Shown here: piece after piece, positions 41,318 through 51,833 of the stretch | Numbering within the stretch: the first letter of the stretch is position 1 | How the letters are laid out: each line of letters starts with the position of its first letter | NCBI GenBank assembly: GCA_964019425.1 | Contig: OZ025787.1 | Span: forward strand, 1,364,001-1,428,000 | Direction of reading: 5' to 3' | DNA: 64,000 nucleotides | Source of the DNA: Flectonema sp. DT1601 | Lineage: Eukaryota | The notes under the pieces: model-generated | The model's database searches: none | What the model was told of the DNA's origin: nothing | The model's input: only the letters and a program-made list of their open reading frames with translations | Translations under genes and position numbers: made by a program

Positions 41318-42559
41318 ATGCCGGAGGTTGGTGGCAGTCCGAAGAAGGAGGGAGGTGTTGTTAAAAAAAAGGAAAAGCGTCGCCTGTATTGTTGTTTTAT
41401 AACATGTTCTCTATTAGTTGTTGCGGTGATGATGATGAAAGGAGATCAATCTGTAGCTGGAAAAAGACAATCTCGAGAGGCTACTGAAGAAGCAGAAGGT
41501 TTACGAGTTCAGGACATCCTCGAACTGGAACTCTCTCTAATCTCAGAAGACCCTCCACAACTTGAATCAGAGCCTCTGATATGTTCATCATTGAGATCTA
41601 CAGAAGCAATAAAATCATTCTATTCAAAACATTGGAATAAATCATCATCGTCATACCCAGTACCAAAGCGATGCACTGGAAGTAATAATAACTATTTACC
41701 AATCAGAGAAAGACATATAAAAAAAAACGCTCAGTCACCTCTACTTAGAAGCACAACACTAAGAGCATCTGCTGACAAACCCTACTTAAAAATATCAGAA
41801 GATGAAGCAATTCAGTTGATAGACAAACTTCGATCAACTGGAGTTATAGATCAGCTATATTTCGATCACACAGCAAAGATAATGTACTGCGCTGTTCCAA
41901 AGGCAGGTTGTACTGGTATTAAAGCATGGATGCTAAGTGCTGCAAGTCTATATAAAGGTGGTACTGTTCACAATAGGCAGCTTTACAAGGGACCCAGGAT
42001 ACAACATTCTCAGTTTATGTCTAACAATCAATTTATAAAAATTTTAACTGAGGGTGAATATTTTAAATTCACTGTTGTGAGGAATCCTTTCACCAGGGTT
42101 TTCGCAAGTTATTTAGAAAGGTTTGCAAATTGTTCAAAAAAAAGAGCATTTAATGAATGTGATATGTGGAGGAGGAGACTTACTGGTGGTCGTTGTAAGA
42201 TCTCAGACAACTCATCCTACGTCGACATGTTAAAGGTGTTGAAAGATTGTCCTTTTCGGAGTGTTGATTTCGCGAATGCTCATTGGATCCCATCGGTGTC
42301 AACATGTTCACTAACTGATCTTCCGTTTGATTTGATAAGTCGATTAGAAAGTAGTTCTGATATGGAGTTAATTAATGATATTACTGGGTTTAAAAAACTT
42401 AGGTCAACATCAGTTGCAAAAGGTCATTCAACGCGTTCACAGTCGAAACTTCAGAATCACTACGACAGTGAAGCGATTAATTTATTAAAAACATTGTACA
42501 ACGATGATATTGAACTGCTTGGATATAAACCCCCTCCTGGAATTAAAAAAGAAAAGTAA
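41318..42559 (+). CDS. Type II membrane sulfotransferase (Sulfotransfer_2), tandem paralog
   Basis: YCAVPKAGCT, YFKFTVVRNPFTRVFASYLERF and DDIELLGY; clear block similarity to the upstream paralog. Confidence 0.9.
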   Translation: MPEVGGSPKKEGGVVKKKEKRRLYCCFITCSLLVVAVMMMKGDQSVAGKRQSREATEEAEGLRVQDILELELSLISEDPPQLESEPLICSSLRSTEAIKSFYSKHWNKSSSSYPVPKRCTGSNNNYLPIRERHIKKNAQSPLLRSTTLRASADKPYLKISEDEAIQLIDKLRSTGVIDQLYFDHTAKIMYCAVPKAGCTGIKAWMLSAASLYKGGTVHNRQLYKGPRIQHSQFMSNNQFIKILTEGEYFKFTVVRNPFTRVFASYLERFANCSKKRAFNECDMWRRRLTGGRCKISDNSSYVDMLKVLKDCPFRSVDFANAHWIPSVSTCSLTDLPFDLISRLESSSDMELINDITGFKKLRSTSVAKGHSTRSQSKLQNHYDSEAINLLKTLYNDDIELLGYKPPPGIKKEK

Positions 42560-42964
42560 GCCATCCTTTCAAAATTAGAGATGTTTGCTTTTGTTTATTT
42601 TTATTTTTATTTTTATTTTTATTTGTGTTTTTTTTTTTTTTTTTTTTTTTTCATGTTTGAAAAATTGAATCATAACCAGCCTTCTATGAATTGCTTAAGA
42701 AGTTTGTTATTTCTTTTACAAACGTGTTGATTTTTCCCATCAACAGAAAAGAATTTGGTATTGCTCTCCAGGCACACCGACTAACAGAGAGTTTATTATA
42801 CAAAGCTAAAAAAAGTAGTAGTTTTTTTTCATTTAATTTTTCTCGTTATTTTCATAACAGAGGGGGGTCCATACATCACAAAGAAAAAAAGTAACAACAA
42901 AAACTTTGTTTTTTTTTGTCTTTATATCAAGTCGAGGGTAATATTTTTTCAACAACAGAGAGTT

Positions 42965-44503
42965 ATGTCATTCGCAGTTGATGATGCTGTCCTGTGGTCA
43001 CTCTCTGGAACTGAGGATGGAGGACGACCTGCAACCATCACAGCAGTCGACACCCGAACAGATCCAGCTACGTATATAATAGTATTTGAAAACGGTGAGA
43101 AGAAGGGATCAAGAGCTGTAAACCTCCAGAAGAATCCGGCTGGTGCTGCTCCTAAGAAAGAAAGTAACTTAAAATTCATGAAAGGTGTGAAAGGACTTTT
43201 TGGAAGCGTAACCGAAACTGTAAAAGGAATAGCAAGTACAGCCAAGTCAACCGTGGCTAGTGCTGCTGCTAGTAGGAAGCATACTGACCCGAGTACTGAT
43301 CCTACCATATCGTCAGTTGATGAACCTGCTGCAACTGGTGAGAAGGCACAGCGAAGAGAGAAAACAGAAAAGCTAATTGCGATGGGATTCGATCCACAAC
43401 ATTCAGAAGCTGCAATCATCCTATCAGATGGTGATATGAATCAAGCTTTAGCAATACTTTCTGAACAGTGTGGGAATGGTGATGATCACTCTGCTGATAC
43501 CACCTCTGATACATATGAAGAATCTGAAGAGCATCAACAACATCCACAAGAACAGCAACAACAACAACAGCCACCACAAGAACAACAGCCACTACAAGAA
43601 CAACAGCAACCGGCTTCAGTAAATACGAATGGTAGATCTGATGCATTTGACTTTTTTGATGCTCCTCTCCCAACTCAACAAACTCAGCCACCGCCACCAG
43701 CATTCTCAGCAAGTAAACAACTGTCGACTGATAATACCTTCGAATCGATATCTCCTTCTACTGTGAGTCCAGTAGTTGCATCTCCTTCTAAAGCAAGCAA
43801 TGCTGACGCGTTTGATTTCTTATCAGACCCTGCACCGGCATCTGTATCATCGAGCTCACCAGTTACAGTAATTGAGAGTAATGGAAATCCTTTATCCTTA
43901 ATATCAGCGGCAGCTGGTTGTATTAAATTAAGGTTCAAGAAATCAGATCTTCCGTGGTGTCCTGAGGCGACTGCTAAGGTTTCTGTTGCTGTCAAGAGTT
44001 CAGGTTTGTATTCTATATAAAATAGTAATTCGAAAAGTGTGGAATCTTATCATAAATAAAAACAAAACATTAAAAACAGCTGCAAAGACCTGGAAACACG
44101 TAGTTGACTACCGAACTTCTCGTTTGGTTGAATTTGCTAGCGCTGAGCCATGGAGTGTTACAAGTCATCCTGGTATGTGTTTCTCAAGAATATTATAATT
44201 CAATTGAAGACATTTATGTTATAAAAAAAAACAATAAAAACAGACACGACTACCGAAGTTGTTATATTTATTGGAAACAGTCTGACTGGATCTTCGTTTG
44301 ATATTTGCTGTAGGGCAGTGTGGGCAGGTGGGGCTGGATCACCAGGTCGTGTCTTAACAGTTGAACTTCCTGAAGAACAATCACTAACAGGAAATGATAT
44401 AGATTCCTTCTTGGGAGGATCACTGAGCCCAACTCCTGCTTCTCCATCTCGTCGTAAGCAATACGCGACCCATGCTCGAGGTGAGATCTACGACATCGAT
44501 TAG
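42965..44503 (+). CDS. UBA-domain protein with Gln/Pro-rich linker and C-terminal beta-rich domain; join(42965..44003,44080..44172,44244..44503), ~463 aa
   Basis: UBA motif EKLIAMGFDPQHSEAAIILSDGDMNQALAIL and two DAFDF motifs. Introns 44004-44079 and 44173-44243 (GT..AAACAG) join three ORFs in frame. Confidence 0.75.
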
Positions 44504-44972
44504 TATGAGTTTATAACATATAGGGAGGGGGATAATATTGTTGGTTTGCGCTTTACTGTACAAACACCCCTCTCCCTGTTGTGAGCATTCTTCTTCTATC
44601 ATTGGAGCTGCGTTGATGACTGCTAAATAAGATTGTACGTTTGTTCCTGAAGGGTTTTTACTGAGTGGTATACTTTTTATTTGATCTTATTGTGTCATGA
44701 CTGGATCTGATAACTCTTTTGAGTTAGACAATACCAACAGCCTCCGACAAGAAACAAAGAAACAAAAAAACAAAAAAACAAAAAAAAAATTCATCCGGTT
44801 CTTTTTAAAACTGTCTTCCGCTCACGAAAGTGTTCCATTTTTTATGATGACCTGCATGGGTATTGCGGGCATGTCATTACTACAATCGAATAAAAAAAAA
44901 AATTGTGTTTTTGATTGAAATTTTTTTTTTTTTTTTAAATTTACTTTTTATAAACAAGTGAAGGCTAACACA

Positions 44973-45972
44973 ATGAATGCTAAGAAGAGCTGGATGTTTC
45001 AGCTGGCACCTGCCCCGTACATTGTAAGGGCCGCAGAGAAAGATGAATTTTACAAAAGACATGTTGCGGAACAACTAGAAGAGATCTGCACAAGAGTATT
45101 GGGAACACGTTGGGTTAATCGATTTGAACAAGAATTGCGTCTCGTGGCATTCTGCGGTTATTATATTCTGACAGCTCAAGGAGGCGGTCAAACCTTTGGT
45201 GAAGAGTACTGCGATTTAATGCAAATACACAGCACCAGATTCATGCCTCAAGGGGCAGTATTACGAACTATGCAGGTTATATTGCATTTATTCGTTCCAT
45301 ATTTATTTGAAAAATGGCTCCCACGAATGCTCACTCGAATCCAAAATTTTCAACGTAACATCCACGCGACTCAGTTAACAATAAAATCATCTATTAGAGA
45401 GCTTTTACGTTTTCATCTAGCGTTGTTTTTTATTTTTGGAGCATACTACCAACTCTCATACCGAGTGACCAGAAGTAAAATGTTACTAATGAACAGACCT
45501 CAAGAACAATTAATGTATGTGAGATGTTGTTATTTTACTTTTTTTTTTTTTTTTTTGTTAAGTGCATTTCGATTAGCCTACTAATACAAAAATAAACAGG
45601 TCATACAGTTGGATGGGTCTGACCATCATCGCCCAACAGATAGTCGAGTTGGTTAAATTACTGAGATCTCAAAGAACTGAGAAGATTAAAGAAGATATCG
45701 AAAATGAAGAAGAAGAAGAAAATGAAGAGCAAGATTCCGATTCTGACGACGAAAATGGAACTTCAACAGCAGGTCGTTGTTCTCTTTGTCTCTGTATTAG
45801 AGGAAAGTCAGGATCTGGGATTACAACTGCAACTCTTTGCGGACATTTATTCTGCTGGAAATGCGTAACCGGACTTTGCAAAGCAAATCCTCACAACGCT
45901 CTATGTCCGCTATGTCGTGAACGAATTCTTCTTCAACAATTATCTCCTGTATATCGTTATAAAGGACATTGA
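44973..45972 (+). CDS. PEX10: Peroxin 10 (RING E3 ligase); join(44973..45514,45600..45972), ~304 aa
   Basis: APAPYIVRAAEKDEFY, GQTFGEEYCDL, FHLALFFIFGAYYQLSYR, and a C-terminal RING CSLC...CGHLFCWKC...CPLCR. Intron 45515-45599. Confidence 0.92.
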
Positions 45973-46278
45973 GTAGGATAGTTGAACTGCTTGACTAGGT
46001 CCAACAGATATATTAAGCTTACCTCAACCCAAGGGTAACTTGACACTACTTTTCTATTTAAAATAGTATTGTGTTTTATAACTATTTATCTTAAGAAGAA
46101 GAAGAGAAAAAAAAAAAAGACTAAGCCAAGTATACCACTACCGAAAGGTAACTTGCGCTTGTACAACAGCAGTATGATTCTTAATGGTAGAGGGCCTTCA
46201 ATTGTGTGCTGCTTGTTTTTTTTAAAGTTGTTACATTATTTCTGTTTGTGTCAGTAAAGGGGATTCAAATACACAAAA

Positions 46279-47823
46279 ATGAAAGTATCACAAGTGTTGA
46301 TTATATGCTCGTTGTTATTTGTTTGTGAAGGTAATGAATTTTGTTGTCAAGGACAGCATGTGAAACCTGGTATTCTAAAGGCAACACGCGAGCCATGGTG
46401 GAAATATCACGGAACTGAAGCAAGGTGTGGTGATAAAACACAACCATGTGATGTTAACGTTTGTAACGAATGTTGGAGTGGATTGGTACCTGACTTACAT
46501 CGAACTTTATCAGAACAGACGGGATACTCATACGAACTTGTTGGGGCACCACCTGGAACTACCACAGAACAGTTACTTAACTTATTAAGAGATGGAACTA
46601 TTACTATGTTACCTCATGAGTTAGGGTTGTCATCATTCTCTTCTGATATGCAGGACAATTTTAGTTTTACGCAACCGTTTGTAACTTACACGTACTCAGC
46701 TCTTGTAAAAAGTGAAAGAACTACTGCAGACATGTGGTCTTTGTTTAAACCATTTACTCTAGGACTGTGGTTAATAATCTTAGGTGTTGTTGGCTTGTTC
46801 TCTCTGACTTTCTGGGGACTTGAAGGAAACACAAACACTCCTGTGGGTGGTGCTGCTAGAGGTGTTGAATTCGTGTTCGCTTCACTACTCGGTGGGATGG
46901 AATACGACGGTGTCAGAAGGGATGGTCGTCTTGGAAGGTTTCTCAGAATAGGATTATTGTTTTTTGTATTAATCATCACTGCTACATACACTGCAAACCT
47001 TGCCTCTATATTAACAACTAAGAATTTAATATTACACGGACCTAGAAATATGGAACAGCTAAAAACTGCAACTGTCTGTAATTTTGACAACCCTCTCGTA
47101 AGAACTGACATCCAAACACACACAGAATACGTTATGACACCAGATGGAAATTCACGTCAATGGGAAGCTACAGAACTAGGTCGAAGAGACTGCATTAACA
47201 AGCTCCTTGACGGAACAGTTGGTGCTGTAATTGCCAATGTCTTGGAGTTAAAACAAATGCAAAAAGACTTTGGTGTCTGTGACCAAGTAAAGCATATTCC
47301 TTTAATTGCTTTCAATCCCCGATATGTTACTTTTATGACTACTAAAAATAACTCAGCCTTCGCTCAGAATTTGACGGAAACGATTGTTAAACTTCAGACA
47401 AACAAACTTTTAATGAATATGATGAATGAGAATTACGAAAGCGCCTGTACTACAGAACCAGCTAAGAAAAACTACCAGTTGGATATAGAAAATCTGGGTG
47501 GTTTGTTCTGTATTACAGGAGCGTGGGTAGTCATCACGATACTTTGCAAGCTAGCTACTGTTGCTGGAATAGGAAGGGGAATCATTCCAGATGCGAATAA
47601 TAACATACATGAAAATCAAACAGATGAGATTATGCAAAAACTAAATTCAATTCTTGAGGAAGTATCTTCGTCTCACAGAGCGAGACCACTTCTCAATGAG
47701 GCGGAATCTTACAGCAGCTCTGCTAGTCAAAAACCGTTCTTTGAGTCTACGACGAGTTATTATGTGGCCCCTCTTAGTAGAGTACCGTCTAGAAAGGTAC
47801 ATCCCGGCACAGTTCAGGCATAG
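46279..47823 (+). CDS. Ionotropic glutamate receptor-like ligand-gated channel lacking the amino-terminal domain
   Basis: Signal peptide; S1 ending FSFTQPF; pre-M1 MWSLFKPFTLGLW; re-entrant loop; M3 gate ATYTANLASILT; S2; M4 LDIENLGGLF. Confidence 0.88.
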   Translation: MKVSQVLIICSLLFVCEGNEFCCQGQHVKPGILKATREPWWKYHGTEARCGDKTQPCDVNVCNECWSGLVPDLHRTLSEQTGYSYELVGAPPGTTTEQLLNLLRDGTITMLPHELGLSSFSSDMQDNFSFTQPFVTYTYSALVKSERTTADMWSLFKPFTLGLWLIILGVVGLFSLTFWGLEGNTNTPVGGAARGVEFVFASLLGGMEYDGVRRDGRLGRFLRIGLLFFVLIITATYTANLASILTTKNLILHGPRNMEQLKTATVCNFDNPLVRTDIQTHTEYVMTPDGNSRQWEATELGRRDCINKLLDGTVGAVIANVLELKQMQKDFGVCDQVKHIPLIAFNPRYVTFMTTKNNSAFAQNLTETIVKLQTNKLLMNMMNENYESACTTEPAKKNYQLDIENLGGLFCITGAWVVITILCKLATVAGIGRGIIPDANNNIHENQTDEIMQKLNSILEEVSSSHRARPLLNEAESYSSSASQKPFFESTTSYYVAPLSRVPSRKVHPGTVQA

Positions 47824-47990
47824 TAAGGAAGATGTGGTGGATTGATTTTTGCGGATTTTCAATAATCGGATCGTTTTTATTTATTCTTTTATATAACGCG
47901 GAATCACAGAAGGTCTTTTTTTTTTCTTCTTTTTTTCTTTTCTGTTGATTCTCATAATTACGATTCGTTAAGTTTTAACTACTCCTCCCC

Positions 47991-48342
47991 GTTGCGTGTT
48001 AACTTTGACTTATTTATCCAAGTCCACATTCTTTTTTCTAAACGTACCTTTTCTTTGATTAACAACTATTTTCTTTCAGTCAAGTACTTTGATATTAGTT
48101 TTGTTTTTACCCAAAGTTGTTACTGTTATTTTTCATTGTCAAGGTTTTACCCAATTCCCATCATTTGTTATTTTTCTCTTTTTTTGTTAGTTCAAATCTC
48201 CCTGCAACGTGGACAGCTGTGAGATGCTTCCAGCTGAAATTATTTGAACACAACTGCGATTGGGCTCAACTGGACTTTGCTAACTAATTGACATAAAAAA
48301 AACTGAAATGAAGTCCCCAGGACTAACTGATGAAGGACTAGT
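47991..48342. repeat. Degenerate dispersed repeat family A, copy 2
   Basis: Same four blocks, in the same order and orientation as 3975-4311. Confidence 0.7.
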
Positions 48343-48779
48343 AAAAACCCGATTATTGCCTGAAACTACGTATTCCACAATGTTATATGGAACAGTAGAA
48401 CAAATGTGTTTTTTTTTTTTTTTTTTTTTTGTAAACTTTTCTTGTTAAATCTTTATCTTTTTGACAAACTCATATTTTTAACTTAGGAATACATGACTAA
48501 AGAATTAACGACTAAAGCAGATTTCTTTTTTCCCCCGGACAGTCCCTTTGATTCAAAAGGGGACATAAAGTACACCAAGCCATGTTCGAGGTCTTTCAAG
48601 ATCAATGCAACGGAACTTAATTATCACTCGCAGCCAAGTCTTGCGAGACGTGTAGAAAATATTTCATTCTTTATTTATTTATTATCAAAAAAAAGTATTT
48701 CTTTAAGTTTCCTTTAATATTTATTTAATTTTAAAGTGTGTAAAGAAATACTATTATCAAGCTGTAACGAGATACAGGG

Positions 48780-48909
48780 CATGGGGCGCTAAACCTGTCG
48801 TACGTGGCCCCTGAATCTGTTGGTCTCTTTTCATTGCAACCAGGTTTGGCCGAACCCTAGCCAGTTTCAAGTTGCTTCATATTTTATCATAATATCAAGT
48901 CACCCTCCT
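48780..48909. repeat. Repeat family C, copy 1 (5' end resembles a hAT/MITE terminus)
   Basis: CATGGGG.GCT.AACCTGT.GTACGTGG.CCCC ... CAACCAGGTTTG ... TAGCCAGTTT(T)CAAGTT ... TATCAAGT.ACCCTCCT is shared with 50972-51152. Confidence 0.75.
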
Positions 48910-50831
48910 TTTTATATAATCAATGTTGCAACAATATATATTTTTCTGTGTGATTAACAACTAACTGTTTTTCTTTCCAGTCCGGGTACCCAATACCTAA
49001 AGTTGCTAAACTGTTTCTTTTTACTTGATACCTGTCGAATGTAAGTTGTACGAAACCCCCGTTAAAAAAATGTAAATAATCATAAATAATGATCAGGTTA
49101 ATGTGATTCATCCAATAAATAAACAAGGTAGGGGCATTACGTTTACAGATCTCTTGATCTGGTTGCCTCATGCTCTTCTTGCTTGAAGAACCGCCTGGTT
49201 GTTTTGGTGGATCTGCTTAACTGGTTTTTCAATGGTTTACCTAACTAAGCAAATCGGCGTTTTTCTTTTCTTAACCCGTCAGTCGACAGCTTTATTGAAT
49301 ACGGTTGTTGTTGATTTTTTTTTTTTTTTTTTTTTTTAAATCGATTTGTTTTCTTCTCAAAAAATAGAAAGAAAAAACGAATTTACCTCAGTTTTGGAGA
49401 TTCTCTTTTGGAGAGTCCCCCCTGCCTGGTACACTCTTGTGAACTTCTTAAGTGAGTTTGTTTTCCCTGCTGCGCGTAATCAGATTAGTTCTGACTAGAA
49501 TGTTATTAACGCTCAGACAGACTACTTAGTGTTCCTACCATAATAAAATAATCCATTCAGGGATTAGGTTCAAGCTACTGCTACAGTATATTGGAAACTC
49601 TTTGGAGAGGCTACCTAACTGATAGTGGTCGTGTTGGATTTGACCTAATTAACACGAATCGACAGATCACACACACAAAAAGAAATTGTTTCCTCTAAAA
49701 AGCGATAATCATATTGTATTGTTATGTTGATAGGTAAAAATGTACCTTCCTCACATGAACTTAATTATCCGCTTATCAGTTTCGTATGTAAAAAAAAAAA
49801 TACTATTGATTGTATAAAATAGGTTTTTTAGTTCCCCCCCTCTCTTTTTGTTGTTGCTGTTTTTCTGTATTAACCGTTTACTCGTAGTCCTACTTGTGGC
49901 ATGATGGTGATTAGATATGCTTGTAGTAGCGACCTTTTGGAGTAGGGGGTTTCTGTTTTAATCATCACCGATGTGACTGTACCTTAGTTTTTTTTTTCTC
50001 TTTTCTTTTCATTTATTATGTAGTAACGTAATACAGAAAAGCCCCCCTAGTTTTTTTTTTTGAGAAATGATTTCTTTTTTAAATTTTCTATTTCCAGGCA
50101 GTTGACCTGGCCTCCATACAGCTGCCAGCAGAAAATAGTAGTATTTTTTTTCTTTCTGCGTCTATACACTTACCTTTTTTTTTTTTTTTTCCTGCGCCGA
50201 CGAAGTCGGAGAAGAAACCATTCAGATTAAGATCCCCGTTTATTTATTATTGTCAAAATGCTACGCATGTCGTGTCTACAATGAAGTGTCAACTTGGAAC
50301 TGTTACGAACAAGAGGAATCCAACTGGTTAATTAAACCACAGCATCTATTTTTCCCTGTCCGGTTTTTACTGCGATCAACAAAATATAAGGCTTTATCTG
50401 AATGGTTTTCCTTTTTTTTTCTTCTTTTTTTTCTTTTTCCCCCCTCTTGCTTATCTCTTTTAAATGTGATGCAAATTATTATTAATAAGATTTTTGAGAT
50501 TTCACATTTTTACACATCCAGTTTGATTGACAAACAGGTTTTAGTAAAATAAGATGGTAGTTTCACTACTGTTTGAATAATCCGGAAGGTTGGATTGATT
50601 TTTGCACTTCTATTGTTGTTTGAGTAGGCTAAATAATCGTGTTGTAATTTGATTCTTTTTACGTTTGATTTAAAAAAAAAAAAATGATGTTTCAATTACT
50701 TTGAGTCTAACAAGGGTATTCTCTCCTAGTTCCGATTGTTGTCGATTCCTATGAATCTAATATGCTTCAAAATAACAATTTCCCCTCCTTTTTTTTTTCT
50801 TTTTTTTTTTTTCACCCCCAATTTCCCCAAG

Positions 50832-51152
50832 CATGGGACGCTCAACCTGATATTACGTTGGTCCCCGTATTACCAGATTAGACATTGTCTTCTGGTCAGA
50901 AATAAGACAAAAAAAATAAAATATTATAATATTCCCTTTTTTATGTTTTCTCTTTTCTAAACACTGTCGGACATGGGGTGCTCAACCTGTAGTACGTGGT
51001 CCCCCTAATTCCAATTCGACGGCGCGTATGAATTTTATCGATACCAACTGTTGGTCATGTTACATGTCAACCAGGTTTGACAATAATCTTATTTAGTTGG
51101 TTTTAGCCAGTTTTCAAGTTACTTTATATTTACAGTATCAAGTTACCCTCCT
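50832..51152. repeat. Repeat family C, partial copy (50832-50866) plus copy 2 (50972-51152)
   Basis: Two further occurrences of the CATGGG..GCTCAACCTG...TACGT(T)GGTCCCC head; the second continues colinearly with 48780-48909. Confidence 0.75.
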
Positions 51153-51833
51153 CGGTTATTTTTTCAAAAAAAACTATCTCAAATAGGATTGTCTTTGGCT
51201 TTTGCGGAAGGTATTCCACATCCAACTTTTTTTTGTTTTATTTTTTTCATTCTGTTGAGTTGAGTTCGATTTTTTTTTGTGTGCGAAGCTACAGTCTTTT
51301 TCGACAGTCCAACCTCCCAACAGAATACTATTGGATAACTATATTATTATTCATTCAGGTACTCAATTATGTGCAAATTGAGATCTGCTGAGATTTCCAT
51401 AACAAACAATTCAAACAATCATCTTTTCAGACACTTACACAACTTGAATATGCCGCTTGGGGTGTTGGGAGGCATTCTTGGAGCCAGTACTGCTGCCGTA
51501 GGTTCAAACAATTTGACGGTGTGTGGTTTTCTTGTGCGATGCTTTAACCACTAACAGCACCCTTTAAGAAATAATAACAGGCGAAAGTAAAAGGTTCAAC
51601 ACCTCCAATCCCTTCTGGATGGTTACCAGACTGCGATGTGACACCAGCTGGCCCAGCATGCCAGGCGCCTTATTACTAAGCCGCTACTAACAGTTTCATT
51701 TAAAAAGACACAAAATACGGAGATTTTCGAGTTGAGTTTGAGTTGTTTGCTGTTTTTTTTGATATTAATTTTTTATAAAACAGGGTGACCTCAATATATT
51801 AAAAAAAAATATATATAAAAATAAAATTCAGAA

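Noticed and set aside
43540..43612. CAA/CAG-rich tandem repeats (also 56871-56917 and 39650-39685)
   Set aside because: Ordinary poly-Gln coding microsatellites in disordered linkers.
441..45972. Split ORF pairs read as frameshifted pseudogenes or separate genes
   Set aside because: Each break is explained by a short GT-AG intron that restores the frame and, for the recognisable families, conserved motifs.
48312..48400. Hammerhead-ribozyme-like core: AGTCC-CCA-GGACT hairpin, CTGATGA, AGG..CCT, GAAA, CTAC..GTAG
   Set aside because: No U-H cleavage triplet in register for type I or type III topology, and the homologous repeat copy at ~4282-4311 lacks CTGATGA.
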